Source of the DNA: Octopus sinensis
Lineage: Eukaryota
DNA length: 64,000 bases
Direction: 5' to 3'
Assembly (NCBI RefSeq): GCF_006345805.1
Contig: NC_042999.1
Coordinates: 124,992,001-125,056,000, forward strand
Numbering within the stretch: position 1 is the stretch's first letter; each line of letters begins with the position of its first letter. This document shows positions 24,313 to 39,264 of the stretch, in pieces. The translations under genes and the position numbers were made by a program. A model generated the notes under the pieces. The model was given only the letters and a program-made list of their open reading frames with translations. It had not been told where the DNA came from and did no database searches.

Positions 24313-24646
24313 AGGCGCATGGCTCAGTGGTTAGAGCATTGAGCTTACGAAAGTGAGGTTGTGAGCTCGAATCCCGGACCAGGCTGCGTGTTGTGTTCTT
24401 GAGCAAGACACTTTATTTCACATTGCTCCAGTTCACTCAGCTGTAGAAATGAGTTGCAATGTCACAGGTGCCAAGCTGTATCTGCTGTTGCCTTTCCCTT
24501 GGATGACACTGGTGGCGTGGAGAGGGGAGGCCGGTATGCATGGGCAACTGCTGGTCTTCCATAAACAACCTTGCCCGGACTTGTGCCTGGGAGGGTAACT
24601 TTCTAGGCGCAATCCCATGGTCAGTGTCGTGACCGAAGGGGTCTCA
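24313..24646 (+). mobile_element. tRNA-derived SINE (family C) with a CORE-like central motif
   Basis: A box tggctcagtgg and B box agctcgaatcc, followed by gtgttcttgagcaagacacttta and a non-tRNA body. Ends before (TA)n. Confidence 0.75.
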
Positions 24647-24691
24647 GAATATATATATATATATTTAAATAAATGTATGTATCTGTGTGTG

Positions 24692-24731
<40 letters not shown>

Positions 24732-25979
24732 GCTGGTCTTATACCTTCACTCAGGTACCCACAATCCACTTGTCTTTCCACCTCTCATTACTTTTGCAGC
24801 ATTCAACAATCTCTTTCCCAACACTAACCTTTTCCCACCCCTTCTTCCTCTGGGTATTGCTCCTCTGAAATCCCTTTCCTGCAGATGTTATATTGCTACA
24901 GTTTATACAGAACCTTAATGGCATTAATTTCTCTATTCTCTGAGAGCTTGCAAGGTCATGAGTTCTTCTCTTTCCTCCAAACTTAACTAGAGAAAAAATT
25001 ACATATTCTTTTACTCTTTTCAGTCATTTGACTGTGGCCATGCTGGAGCACCACCTTCAATCAAACAAATTGACTCCTGGACTTATTCTTTGTAAGCCTA
25101 GTACTTATTCTATTGGTCTCTTTTGCCAAACCACTTAGTTACAGGGATGTAAACACTCCAACATCAGTTGTCAGGCAATGGTTGAGGGACATAAGCACAC
25201 AAATACATACACATTCAGTTTCCGTCTACCAAATCCACTGACAAAGCTTTGGTTGGCCTGAGGCTATAGCAGACTATTTGTGTGTTATCTTTCAGCTTTT
25301 GTCAATAGAGAATTCAGATGGTAAAGGTTGACTAAAGCAACTAAACTGCATTGATAAAAATAGCCATCAGTTCATTATTGTTACCAGTATATACTCCAAT
25401 TAAATTGAGTGGATGATTGCCACATTTTGAAAAAAAATATTTTTGTAATTTTTTCAATTTTCTCTTGTTGGACACCACTTCAATGAGCTATAATTGCAGC
25501 ATTGTCACAGCAAGAGAGCAACAGACTTCTATAAAGGCCTGTTGCCAAACTTTGGTGCCTGGAGAAGTGGCATGCTTCAGAATATTCTAGATAGGCACTA
25601 ATTTGTATTGCAGGAAGATTTTCGTAAACTGCATTTTTGGAATCTGAGGGTGCAACATTGAATAGTGAGGGGGCAGTGCAGCCCAGTGTCCCCTCCTTTA
25701 ACAACTGGCATGCTTCTATTGCACATCTTTTACAAATTGCTCCAAAATTATTTCCCTGTGTTTTTAGCATACTTGCATTTTAATAGGATTAATCCAAGAA
25801 AATACATTTTTAAAAATAAAAATTGTTTTCTCTCTTCAATGTTAATATCAATATATAAAAGTTGTTTCTGCTATTTGTTTTCAATTTGCTTGGTCTTAGT
25901 ATAACCAAAGATGAGGCTAAAATACTAAAGTTTATGAATATTATGTAATTATTTCTGGCAGTTGAATACATTCATTCTG

Positions 25980-26300
25980 CAACAAGCAAAAATAAACATG
26001 ATATTCTTTCAGGGTTCATTTTCATCACATTACTGAGATGTGGTTTCATGACAGGATCAAAGATTGCCAACAGTTTTAATAACACCTGCAAAACTTTAAA
26101 ATTGTTTTCCTCTTTCTGACTTTGGAATTCCTTGTAACTCTGCAATGCAAGGTTTACATGTGCTGAAATACTTACTTATGCAATGAAGAACATCTCGCTA
26201 TTTTTGTTTTTCTGATGCAATTTAAGCTTGATATACTCTATCTGCCTTTCTGATGCTTTCTAAAGAGCAAATCTATTTTCTTGTTCCAATGGAGACTGAT
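25980..26300 (-). mobile_element. hAT-family (ZMYM1/DUF4371-like) transposase relic
   Basis: Minus translation LLKLLAIFDPVMKPHL resembles NFLELL.LLA.FDP.L..HL. Multiple stops. Confidence 0.45.
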
Positions 26301-27583
26301 TGGTACTTCATGAAAATAATAAATAATACAATTGAAAATGTGCATTTGATTCCAAAGAAAACACAATCCATGTGTACCAAACTTCTCTACATTCATTTCC
26401 CAATATTTTTTTAAGCCTCATTTTTATAACTCATTAAATTGTCTTGTAAAAGTATGTTTATCATAACTGAACATAAAAAAAAACAGACTGACATATAAAT
26501 AAATAGATAGATAGATAAATTTTTCACACCCCATGGCAAGTTTACTGTACATTTTTTATTGATTTTCCTATGTGTGTATGTTTGTGTCTCTTTGTCTTGA
26601 CATTGCATAGTAGTTGTGAATGAGTGTTGCTGTCATACAAGCATTATCATTCATTTCCAATATTTTGCTTAAACATATCTGGCCAAGGTGAAATATTACT
26701 TTGCTTGGAAACAGGTGAAGATTAGTGACAGGAAAGGCATCTGGCCATAGAATATCTACCTCAATAAACTGTCTGACCCATATCATGCATGTAAAAGTAA
26801 ACATTGAAATGCTGATGATGATGATGGTGGTGGTAATTAATGCCCTTTACAATTTGCAAAATATTTCTAACTTTATATGCATGTTTCTGTCAGCAGAGCA
26901 TCTGATAAAATTCAATTTATAAAAATTTTATCAAACTACTATTATGATGCCAAATCATTCACATTCACACTGTTGATAGACAGTGTTGTTTTTTTCCTCT
27001 TTTACGATAATCAAAGTTTTAATATTCAATATCTTCCTCCTTGACACACTGGCAAGTGAGTCCATGCTGATTTCTGATAATGTTAAAACTGATAAAAGAT
27101 GAAGTTAAAAAAAAAATCCCATTATGAAATCATTTAAGTTTTTAGATTTTGCTTTTTGCATTGTTCCCTCTTTTTTCTTTTTTTCTTCTTGCATTGTGCT
27201 CTACTCAGCTTCTAATTAGGTTACCTAGGAACAGAAGCTATCAACTGCTACAAAAGAGTTTTTCAAGCATTTAAAGGAATATATTATTGTTTAATTTTGC
27301 TGCTAACTGACTGCTCTTGTGTGTCAGTTATATACAAAGTCTTCTTTCTCCATCCTGTTTGAGATTTCACTACATGCTCTGTGCACTCGTAGTTTATTAA
27401 AATTGTTGTTAGGTTTACTTTAAGGCATTACTCAGTCCAAGGTCAAATTTTTTTTAAAAAGAAAACTCACAGTACACACACATGCGCACACACACACAAA
27501 TGGTATAATGGAATAAAACATGAGCAGGCAGTCACAAGACATCAAATCAATTTATAACATATATAACATATTGAAGAGAGATG

Positions 27584-27584
<1 letters not shown>

Positions 27585-27618
<34 letters not shown>

Positions 27619-27796
27619 ATGTATGTATGTATGTATATAAATATATATATATGTATGTATATATACCATTTAGCCCAAGGCCAGCTAATTTGTAACATAT
27701 AGATTTATATATATATGCATATATAGATATACATTTATAAATGTACATTTATATATATATATATATGCATACATACATATGTATGCACATATATAT

Positions 27797-27828
<32 letters not shown>

Positions 27829-27937
27829 GTTTGTGTGTGTGGATATATGCATATATATATATATATACAAGTTTAGGTATTGATGTGTGTGTATGTGTAC
27901 ATATATATTTATGTTCTTTCACAGTGTTTTTATTTTT

Positions 27938-27986
<49 letters not shown>

Positions 27987-27990
27987 ATAA
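27585..27990. repeat. Compound (GTCT)n/(GTAT)n/(TA)n/(CA)n microsatellite block
   Basis: Read directly. Confidence 0.95.
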
Positions 27991-28130
27991 ATTAGAGAAG
28001 AACCATCATGTAGCAATTCAACAATGATATAATTAAATCATACCATATAAAAAAAATTAAATAAACGATAAAACATTTACCTAGAACTAAATAAAGTACA
28101 AAATAATAAATAAATAGTATATAATTAGTA

Positions 28131-28220
28131 AATAGACTACATGTGTTTTGTGGCTATATTTTCAAACTGATAACAGTAAAATCAATTCAATTTAAATATA
28201 GTCACTCATCAGGTCCAAGA
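28131..28220 (-). ncRNA. Degenerate hammerhead ribozyme motif (G12 to A), same family as 10921-10990
   Basis: Minus strand reads ttggac-CTGATGA-gtgactata-loop-tatagccac-AAAA-C-acat-G-TA-gtcta. Stems I and II pair, with the same A-C mismatch in stem II, but GAAA has become AAAA. Confidence 0.6.
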
Positions 28221-29492
28221 TAAAAACAATAAAATAATTAAATATACGTATATTATCTTATAAGAAAATATAAATATATATAAATACCTAATTTTTCAAT
28301 TAAAAAATCGAACAAAATTCAATAATATATCTTAAAATAAAAACACGAAATATCTTAACAAATATATTCTGTTAACTAAATCTTTAAACTTAATACATAT
28401 GACTTATTGTTTATAATAAATTTGTCTCATTAAAAACGTGGTATAAATAAAACTAGAATAAATAGATATAAATATTTATTTTATCTATAAAAATATATTT
28501 TAGCTTATAGAAGAAAAAAATAACAAACTATAGTATATCATTACTGGAAAATTCAAATACAAGTAATTAAAGCAAAATATTTAAAACAAAATATATATAT
28601 ATATATTTAAATAAAATACATAATATACATTATGTGAAGCTAAAATACTATAATTTAATCTATATACATTAAATCATTTATTTATTTATTTATTTAATAA
28701 ACATCTAAGTTAAATCTTATTCTAATTAAGTAGTATATACTAAAAAACCTCATGCTAACTTATATACATAATACTACTACAAACTATGACTACAAGAATT
28801 AAAAATAGAAAAATGGTTCAAATATATACACACAAATTAGTTAAACTTACCATATAATTAATTTATATATAAATTTAATATTATACTCTCTTATAGAATT
28901 AACCAAAATATCAATTAATATTAAAAGTATTTACTTAAATTCAATACTACATAACAAATAAAATTCCTACCCATTAAATAAGATTTTGTCTTACAAAACT
29001 ATTTCACAATGTAAATTATATGTAATACGTTAATTCACAGAATAATAATTAAAATAATAATGAAATAAATATACGTATCGTAACTAATATTTATTAAATA
29101 ACAATATAGAAATTAATATTTTTACAATAATAATCAAACAAAATTCAATTCAATTGAATTGATTGTGTCTCTGAGTTCATTTAGCTCTTACTCTGCTAAT
29201 AGCACTATAATAGCTCTAATCAATAGTCATGTTGAGTGATACATTCTTCACCTGCAAAAGATTTAATATTGGTTTCAAATTTTGGCACAAGGCCAGCAAA
29301 ATTAGGGAGGGGTAAGTTGATTACATCAACTCCAGTACTCAGTTGGTACTTATTTTATCGACCCTGAAAGGATGAAAGGTGACCTCAGCAGAATTTGAAC
29401 ACAGAACATTAAGATGGACAAAATGCCACTAAGCAATTTGCCTAGCATGCTAACAATTCTGCCAGCTCACCACCTTAATAATAATAATAATA

Positions 29493-29523
<31 letters not shown>

Positions 29524-32500
29524 GGACCAGCAATTTTGGAGGAAGAGGTAACTCCTATACTCAACTGGTACTTATTTTGTCAACTCTGAAAGGATGAAAG
29601 GCAAAGTCAACCTTGACAGAATTTGAACTCAGAATGTAAAGATGGACAAAATGCTGCTAAGCGTTTTTTTCAGTGTGTTAACAACTCTGCCAGCTCACTG
29701 CCTTAGCAAAAGATTAACAACTACCTGTCTATAACTTTTCATACTGTGTATGACATCTATTGGGCTTGTGTATTTCAGTGATTTGTAGGTGATCAGATGG
29801 CCAGCAAATCTCCTGTTTTAAAGGGTTTGGTTATTTACATCACAGAACTCTAAGAGCTTCGTTCCTTCTTTCTTTGTACTATAGCCATAGCTTCAATGTA
29901 TACTGGAGCAATCATAATGTTGCATGTCCATTAAAATCTCCAGCTGAAATAATAAGGTAATTGCCATTCGTTATTGAAGTAACCTTCAAAAGAACTTCAT
30001 AAAACGGTCCTTTTGCTCATTGCTCGATCCTAATTGAGGTGTATATGCAGAGATAATTTCATAATTATGATAATATTCATATCAAGGTATAAAGCCAAAG
30101 TACTATCTAATATAACTGCATAACTGCCAATAACATAACACCCTATCTGCTAAATTGTAAGTACTTAACAACGATAAGTATATAGAGCTAAACCATTATA
30201 TGAAAATGGTATTAACAAACCATGTCAATCTTGTATGAAACCAGATACTTGGCATATCCACCCCATCCAAAACTTAATTTAAAAAGAATGCTACATTGCT
30301 ATCTCATTACATTTGAAATCTGAAGAAAATTACTTGATTATCCAACAAGCTGCTTGAAATTTCTACTTTTAATGTCAACAGATGAAATAGATTTTTTTGG
30401 CTGGTCAGAAGTGTTTTCATAAAGAGAAACCTTGGCATTTGAACCAGCCATATCCAGCCGAAATATTCCACCTGTTTTATGTTCAAACTGGCCAGATTCA
30501 GCCTCTCACACTTTCCCTACAATGTCATTCTAAAAATAACAAACAAAAAAAATTTTATGAGCTCTCATAAAGCAATGAAAAGTTACGCTCAGTGTGACTG
30601 CATTATCAGTGACAAATAGAAATGTATGGTTTGATGGGACTTGTAACATAAACAAGGTATATTATATTAGAGTGAAAAAACTATGATACATGGAGTTCTC
30701 TACTGCACAATAAATCAATGTGTTACATTGTATTAGCTATAGAATTACTAATATTTACATTTAGGTCAATTGATTGAGTGCTATATTGGCTACTAGTTGA
30801 AACGTCTACATTAAACGTGATATTGACTACTTTTATCAAAAGTGAGAACAAGGAAATAGAAGGTTAACTCAATTGACACAGCATTCAAATATATTATGTA
30901 TTTTGACTATGTTCAGTAACCATCCAGAATCACAGTGCTCCCATAGAACATCCGTGTAGGTATGAGACAAATACATCACTAAGATGATAAAGAGTCTCTC
31001 AGAAATTTTTTTTGTGCTTGATGACCAAGAATACACATCAGGAAAAATTAAACAGCTAAAATTGCATAAAGTTATTAATCATGCATGGCTGTTTTACCAT
31101 AAAGTTTCATTGTGACAACAACATTGAAAACAGCAACAGATAGTCTTGATTTAGTGACTGCTGTGTTACCTTTCAGTTTGAAGGATAAATTTCTTGCAAT
31201 ACAGGAATATGAAATGGTAACAAAATATTTCAGGTAAAAATGTTTAAGACAAAGGTAGTACATTCTGGCATAACAACAACAGAGATTCCATGGTGTTAAT
31301 GTTGAAGACATGATGCACATCATTAGAAGCTGTCCTAAAATGTCATCACATCATTCATGGATGGCAGGGAAATATGTCCTGTGTATCATGTGATACACAG
31401 AACAGGCAAAAGGTTGAAGCTATGTTTACAGACAGAAACTCCTCAGGTACAAATATTTGAACTGGACTTGAAGCACCACTAATGTTTAGTTAATAACCAA
31501 TTTAATTTCTGCTGAACTATATAACAACAGTGAATGATTAAATTTATAGGAGAAACCCAGATAAGACATTTAGAAAATCTTAATCCAAGGGATGAGACAG
31601 GTAAGAGGACAGTTCAGTTGGTTGCATGCTAGAAATGGTCAAATATTTTGTTGATAAGGAATCAGATCATTGATTTTCTTGACAGTGGAATACGTTGTAC
31701 CATGTTTCTGAAGATGGAAATAGACATTTGTAGAGAGATAGAGTGAAGAATTTGGTGAGAATAATGAAGGGACATTGCCAGCATTTGTGGCCTTGTTGGT
31801 TTGAAGTGATTAGAAGTGATTTTTTCTATGTTGTATATATGTAAATGTGGTAGTAGACCTAGCAAGGCAGAGTGGGATAGATTAAGAGGAGAATAACATT
31901 TGTGGAATTAGATGTAAAGAAAACAACTTACAAAAGAAAGTTCTTTGTACTGCTTACAGAAGAAAGTTCTTTGAGAAGTCAGAAGAATGTGTAACATTGG
32001 TTGATTAAATTCAGGTTTTTAGTATTTGAATTATTTCATCATCATCATCATCATTTAATGTCCGTTTTCCATGCTGGCATGAGATGGACAGTTTGACTGA
32101 AAACTGGTAAGTATGGCAGCTGCATCATCTTCCAATTGGATTTGGTATGATTTCTATGACTGGATACCCTTGCTAATGCAGAATTGTTAGCACTCTGGGC
32201 AAAATCCTTAGCAACATTTCGTCCATCTTTACATTCTGAATTAAAATTCTTCTGAGGTCAGCTTTGCCTTTCATCCTTTTGGGGGTCAATAAACCAAGTA
32301 CTAGTTTAGTACTGGGGTTGATGCAATCGACTTACTCCTTCCCTCAAACTTGAAGTCAATATTTTTTTATTGTTTAACCCTGGTCACCTTATCTCTAACT
32401 GAGCAAATGTATGATCAAACGACATTCCAGCCATGACCATTATTTTATTTCTTCCAAATACAGTATATTTAGGATCATAATATCCACTGTGTGACCTTTT

Positions 32501-33667
32501 AAAGATGGTAGGCTGTGATTTGAGGGCAATTTTGTTGTTGTTTCCTGCATATATTTACATGTTCTAAAAAAATATAATTAGATAGGTAAAGAATTCAGAA
32601 TAGTTTAATAAGTAATGAGGTAATTTAATTAGCACAAAGAGCTCTCTCCCACCCCCACCCCTTTTTTGCTTTTTCAAGTATGCAATTTATGAACATAGAA
32701 ATATTATATTAAGCAATTGCAGGGAGGTATTTGTTTATCAACTTCATATTTATTGATGCTGTATATGGCATAGTTAAAGAGTAATTATCATTGCTTGCTA
32801 GTTTAGTGTAATGTATGAACCAAACAAACAGTAAAGTATTTACAACACGAGTAGGTAATATCATATTTGTGGCAGTGAAGATTATCATGCTAAATCTATT
32901 TGGTTATACTAAGTAAACCCCATAAAGTCTTAACATTATTTCATGTTATGTCTGTTTTGATGGAGTGAGCATACTCAGTCTGGATGCTGCAACAGTCATT
33001 AAATATGTGCAATGTTTCTAATTACTATATGTAATTATTAGGTGTTTAGCTGTATATTAAATAATATATTCTCAGAAGATTTCCTCATGCAATGCTGTAT
33101 TCCGTACTCACTATTATAAACATCATGGAGTCACCCCTGCCCCACTCTCTCTGTAGTTAAATCTATTTTGCTAATATGGCTAAATATATTTTCTTTCTCT
33201 CTATCTATCCTAACTATCTATTTATCTATCTGCGTGTCTGTCTTTTTTTACTTCCTTTCTTTTATGTCCGTTTTTTTTCCATGCTTGCATAGATTGGATG
33301 AATATTTCAGGCATTGTTTTATAGTCAGATGCCCTTCCTGATGCTATTCTTCACCTGTTTTTCCAAAAATCACTTATTCCACATGGCATCAGAGGCATAA
33401 AGCATCTGAGACAATTTGATAGGAGAAACTGACAACAACTTTTACACTTTTGTTCAAGTGATTGCAGATGTAAACAGACAGATACATATTCAAGCATGCA
33501 CATGCATGTGTGCACACACACACACACACAAACACATACACATCATCATCATCATCATCGTTGTCATCATTTAACATCCACTTACCATACTAGCACGGGT
33601 TGGATGGTTTGAATGAAAACTGCTAAGACAGGGAGCTGCACTAGATTTCGATCTGATTTGGCATGGC

Positions 33668-33704
<37 letters not shown>

Positions 33705-34978
33705 CTCACACGCAATAGTCTTCTTTCAGTTTTTAACCTATCAAATTGATTCACAAGGCTTTGGTCAATTTAGTGCTAACTAGAATACACTTGCCCAAAG
33801 TGTCATGCCATAGGAGTGATCTTCACAATTGATCACTCTTAATCATGCCATCTGAGTAGAATATACTTCCCTGAGGAACTATAATGAAACCAAAACCTGT
33901 ACATTGCTTTCATTAGTTGGCTATAAAGACCAGATTCACTTCAGTTTTCACTGTTTGTGTTGATGAGAAGTTTTGATCCACCTAATTTTATAGGAATTAT
34001 CTTCATTTCTTACTTTTAAATTTTAAGCATCTTTAGAGGGAGATTTTGTCTGCGAATTACTTGGATAATTTCAGCTGATCAAAGTAGTTTTTGCTACCCA
34101 CTATATTACATGTGTGAATCCTACATATTTTTATACCTTGGTTTAAATAACTCATCTTGCCAAATTACATATTATTAGAAGGTTTTTAAAATCATTTCTG
34201 AAAAAAACTTTTTTTTGCAGACTTGTTTAAAGGTATTGTGTGTGCACGCATGCACACACACACACACACCACACACACACACACACACATCATCATCATC
34301 ATCATCATTATCATATATATATATATTTACAATGAACAGTTTCTGTTTACCACTACCAAATTCACTTTACAAGTATTGGCCAGCCTGGAGCTATAGTAGA
34401 AGACATTTGTCCATGTTTTTATTCAGCAGGCCTGTACTTGAAACTGCATGGTTGCAAAGTGAGCTTCCTAACCACACACACATGTGTATGTGTGTGCATG
34501 TGTATGGCATGGCTGTGTGACTAAAAATCTTTTTCCCAACCTTGGAGTTTCAAGTTCAACCCTGCTATGTGACACCTTCATCAAACATCCCCTATTATAG
34601 CCCTGAGCCAACCAAAGCCTTTTGAGTCAATTTGGTAGATGAAAACTGAAATCAATTTGTTGTGTGTGTGCATGTGTGTGTGTGTGTGTATGTGTGTGTG
34701 TGTGTACATGCACATGTTTGCTTGGTTGGTTGTGTTCCTTTGTCTTGACATTGCACACCAGTTGTAAATGAGCATTGCCATCACACATGTAGTATCCTTC
34801 ATTTCAAATCTTCTGTGAAAACCTGTTCTGCCATGGAGAAATATTATTTTGTTTGGAAACAAGTGATGGTTGGTGACAGGAAAGGCATCCAGCCATAGAA
34901 AATTTACCTCAGCTAATTCCTTCTAACTCATAGAAGCATGGAAAAGTAGATGTTAAAAGAATGATGATATGTATATAT

Positions 34979-35690
34979 ACAGGGTGTGGTGAATAAACTG
35001 TCATCTAAATTACACAAAAATGAAAATAACACTGACATCTCATTTTAACAAATATATTTACCAAAATTGCATAAAAATATCTTGAAATACCAAAGAGTAA
35101 ATTTATTCAATAAAATCGGCATTGGCTTCAACCATGGCCTCCAGACGACTCAAGAGGGTTATGCCTGGGGAGTTAGGTGGGCAGGTTTAAGGGATAATGT
35201 GGTTGCAGAAATTGTCTGACAGCCATGACTGGGTTCTCCTGCTTGTGTGGCATGGTGCAGAGTCTTGTTGCCAGACATAGGGTCTTCCAGCAGCCACCCT
35301 CTTGACCCAGGGCAGCACTACCTCCTCCAGGCACTTGATGTAGGCCTCAGTGTTGAGTATGAGGCTGTGTGGGAGGCATAATGTTGCCATCACCAGTGAT
35401 CACTCCAAACACCATGATGTTGGCTGGATACTTGATTTTTATCACTCTCGGTACCTGTCCTCAGATTGACACCCAAACACACTGAAATGTCCATATTGGA
35501 ACTTCCGGCTTGAATGCCAAGCAGTACAGCATGTCATTTCCAAATTTCTGGCTGAGTGAATTGCATCATGGTGCTGTTTTTATCACAGACGGTGCCCAAC
35601 TGATCCTACTATACTGTGTAGTCAACAAAATCAAAAACAAACAATACACATGCATGAAATTAAAAATATAAAATGGCTCCTGTCAAGCCA
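34979..35690 (-). mobile_element. Internally deleted DDE transposon of the Tc1/mariner superfamily (maT/DD37D-like)
   Basis: K.KYPANIMVFGVI..DG, YVWQQDSAPCH and PPNSP motifs. One TIR (tacagggtgtggtgaataaactgtc) at 34979. The other end is replaced by an RTE-tail fragment at about 35680. Confidence 0.85.
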
Positions 35691-36654
35691 TCCAACCTAT
35701 GCCAGCATGAAACAGAGACATTAAACAATGATGATCAGGATGATGATTATTGTTATGTTGATCTACTATCCATCACTGCTATGTCAGCTGTGACAACCAC
35801 TGTAATGACTATTGGTATCTTTGCTGTCAGCTGGTATATTGGGACTTCATACTGCATCTCCCTACCACTTTGGGCAACATGCCCAACAACCAGTACCAAC
35901 AGTTCTACTTATAAACTCCTCTGCAATACTTCTTAACAGTGACAATTATTAATATAGCACCAGTAGTATACATCAGTCTGAGTCACTGATTGGTTAGAAA
36001 AGTGATGATATAAGCACATTTGTTGATGAAGTAAAGGCACTAGCTAGTTGAACAGAAAATCAATGAGGTAGGCACATATGATGTTGTCTGTGCATCTGGA
36101 CAGATGAATAGCTGGTACATTTGTTGATTGTCCTGGAAAGCAATGACACATGCATGTCTATTGATGCCAGCTTCTATGTTGTTAGTTGTTGGTTGTTGGC
36201 AAATGCTGACTGCCAATTTGTGCATCTGTATTTGAGTTACTGTATTCAGGGTACCACAAATACAATAACAAGCGGTATTTGCTAGAATGACATTGCACAT
36301 ATTCGAAACAAAAAGCAATATGCTTTATTCAATATTTTAGATAAAATAAACAACAAAAATACATGAAATGAATCATTTATTGAGTTCCCTGTGATTTGAC
36401 TCACTCAGCTGTTCCTGTATATTGCTTTATAAATTTATAGCTTAAGCAAAAAAAAACAAAATAATAATAATAATAGCATATGTTACATTTCCAAAATGTA
36501 AATGATTGTATGTATACTGTTTGCAGTAATTATTTTACACCAAGGCAATATTATTTTATTTGAGTTATGCAGAAATCTTTTATCTATATTTTGTTACATT
36601 TAAATTGAATAAATTTAACCCTTTTTGCTTACAACATCTACTTTCCAGTTGTTA

Positions 36655-37450
36655 TAAGTTAGGAATATTTCATCACTAGAATAAGAATAGGCTGGACAAA
36701 GTTCAGAAAGCTACTACTTCTGGTAGTAACAAAGGGCCTCTCCCTCAGAGTGAAAAGCAAATTGTCTGATGCCTGTGTATGATCAGATATGCTACATGGC
36801 AGTGAGACATGGGCTACTGTGAGAACATGCGAAGGCTTGAAAGAAATGAAGCCAGTATGCTCTGCTGGATGGGTAATGTCAGTTTGCATATACAATGAGA
36901 GACTGTACTGGTACAATCATGTAATGTATATGAATAAAGACAATTGCATCAAGAGGTGCTGAGCTCTAATTGTAGAGGCAATGTGTGGAAGGGATGGGAC
37001 AAAGTGGTGAGAAAGGATCTTCAGATGTTGGGCCTCACAGAGGGGATGAGAGGGGATCGAAACTCTTGGTGGTTTGCTGTGCTTGAGAAGACATGTCAAG
37101 CTAAGTAAATACAGGCATATCCCCTTCATCCCTCTTCAGGTAACTGTTCCTCTTGTCTTACGGGCTTGTGGGTGCCAGTGCCACATAAAAGCACCTGTGC
37201 CGCTGCTGTGTAAATGCACCCAGTGCACTCTCTAAAGTGGTTGGTGTTAGAAAGAGGATTCAGTGGTAGAAACCATGCCAAAACAGACACGGAGCCCAGG
37301 CAGCTGGCCATCTCCTGTCAAACTGTCCAACCCATGCCAGTATCGAAAATGAATGTTAGATGATGATAATTATGATGATGCTGATGATAATGATGCTGTT
37401 GCTGATGATGATGCTGTTGCTGCTGCTGGTGGTGGTGGTGATGATGATGC
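36655..37450 (+). mobile_element. 5'-truncated RTE LINE
   Basis: Remnants AKFRKLL.LLVTKGLSLRVK, LHGSETW and GRxRKTW, then the 3' UTR and a (GAT)-rich tail. Confidence 0.85.
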
Positions 37451-38907
37451 AAGGCCTGAAATTTTGAGGAGGAAGGGGTGCAGTTGATCACATTGACTCC
37501 ACTGCTCAACTCACATTGACTCCACTGTTCTTATTTTATCAAACCTGAAAGGGATGAAAGGCAAAGTCGACCTCAACAGAATTTGAACTCAGAACATAAA
37601 GCCAGAAGAAATGCTGCTAAGCATTTTGTGCAGCATATTAATAATTCTGCCTATTCATCATCACCTTATATTTCATATAGTAATGTAATGTTTACATTTA
37701 AGTTTACAGCATTCAATTTTGATAATCAATACAAACAACAAGTCTCATTGACATGTATTTATTTATTTATGGATGTTATTGGTGACCTGGATTGTTGTGA
37801 ATGTAAGTCTGTAATATAAAGGTTTCCTATAGAAAAATCTCTTTAGCCTAAGTCAGATGATGACAAAGGAAATATTTTAGCTACCAATTGTTTATGAGGT
37901 TAGGATATCATCTGTTCATATAAGTGTTTTGTTCTTTGAAGTCACTATTTTACAAGTTACATTGTAGGTACTGCAATCAATGCAAATATAACCATTTGTT
38001 TAGCTCAGCTTTCATAATTGAAAATGTTTGCATGCTACATTGTGAACATAATTAAAAATAAAACAACATGCAATCCTCTTAATTGGAAATCCACATGTTT
38101 GTGTGGGTGGGTGTTTGAGAGCAGATTGGGTGGTAGAATAAAATATAGTTATTAAAATAACATGTACATGAGCAGTATGTGATTTCTGAATAGAAAGAAG
38201 GAAAAATGGAGGAAAATAAATAAATAAAAACTGAGGGAAGAGAGAAAAAAAGAAGTGAATTAATTGTATGATATGATATTTCTTAATCTTCATTTGTTTC
38301 AGATTTACAGATTGAATATATCCCAGTGTAATGTATATATACTTATTTCTCTATATATTTTAACTCATCATCATCATCATTTAATGTCCGGTTTCCATGC
38401 TGGCATGGGTTGGACAAGTTAACTGAGGACTGGCGAACCAGATGGTTGCACCAAGCTCCAATCTGATCTGGCAAAGTTTCTACAGCTTGATGCCCTTTTT
38501 AACGCCAACCACTTCGAGAATGTAGTGGGTGCTTTTACGTGCCACCAGCATGAGGGCCAGTCAGGTGGTACTGGCAACAACCATGCTCAAATGGTGTTTT
38601 TTACGTGCCAGCAGCACTGGCAGGTTTCTGATTTTGACACAAGCTCAGCAATTTTAAGGGCAGAAATAAATCAATAACACTGACCCCAGTGTTTTATCGA
38701 CCATGAAAAGATCAAGGTCAAAGTCAACCCTGGCAGAATTTGAATTCAGAATGTACAGACAGATGAAATACCGCTAAACATTTCACCTGGCATGCTAACA
38801 GTTCTGCCAGCCTTACTATTAATTTATAATGGATTCAAACTCGAATGAAATATGTGTTTACTCAGGATGTTTTAACAACTTTGAAATATCATTTTAACTA
38901 TTTTCAG

Positions 38908-39048
38908 AAAAATATTATATTACTTGGAAGTCCTGGCTGTGGAAAAACAACAGTTGGTAGAATTCTTGGGATTAAACTTGGATTACCTGTGATAGATATT
39001 GAGAGTGACTATTTAGAAAATACCTGGAAAATGCCAGTGGCACAAAAG
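38908..39048 (+). CDS. THNSL1: THNSL1-like exon: shikimate-kinase-like P-loop (KNIILLGSPGCGKTTVGRILGIKLGLPVIDIESDYLENTWKMPVAQK)
   Basis: ttttcag| acceptor and AAG|gtaatg donor; 141 nt, phase 0-0. Walker A GxxGxGKT. Closely follows the recalled vertebrate THNSL1 N-terminus (KNIILMGPPGAGKTTVGR...ILEKTW). Confidence 0.92.
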
Positions 39049-39264
39049 GTAATGAACATGCCTTTTTTTATATTTTTTCAACATTTAACCCTATTTCTTC
39101 TTGCCAACTATTTTACTGGTTTTGTACCTGGTGTTCTTCTGCCTATGTAACAATGATCTATTTGCCATTACTTCTAACAATACAAACTCCCATGCATATG
39201 ATTCTGCCCTTTATTCCTTTCTGATCTTCCACAGCCAAACATCATCTGCATGTAACCTACACAT

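Noticed and set aside
24313-24390. tRNA-like sequences (also near 11020, 18347 and 48240)
   Set aside because: A and B boxes are present, but there is no complete cloverleaf, and each runs into a repeated non-tRNA body. They are SINE heads.
28220-29160. Possible mitochondrial insertion (NUMT), suggested by AT richness and C-over-G skew
   Set aside because: No recognisable mitochondrial gene, rRNA or tRNA motif. Adjacency to a hammerhead-bearing repeat favours a retroelement relic.
30900-31900. Coding-like stretch in intron 1
   Set aside because: No open frame with recognisable motifs or phase-compatible splice sites.
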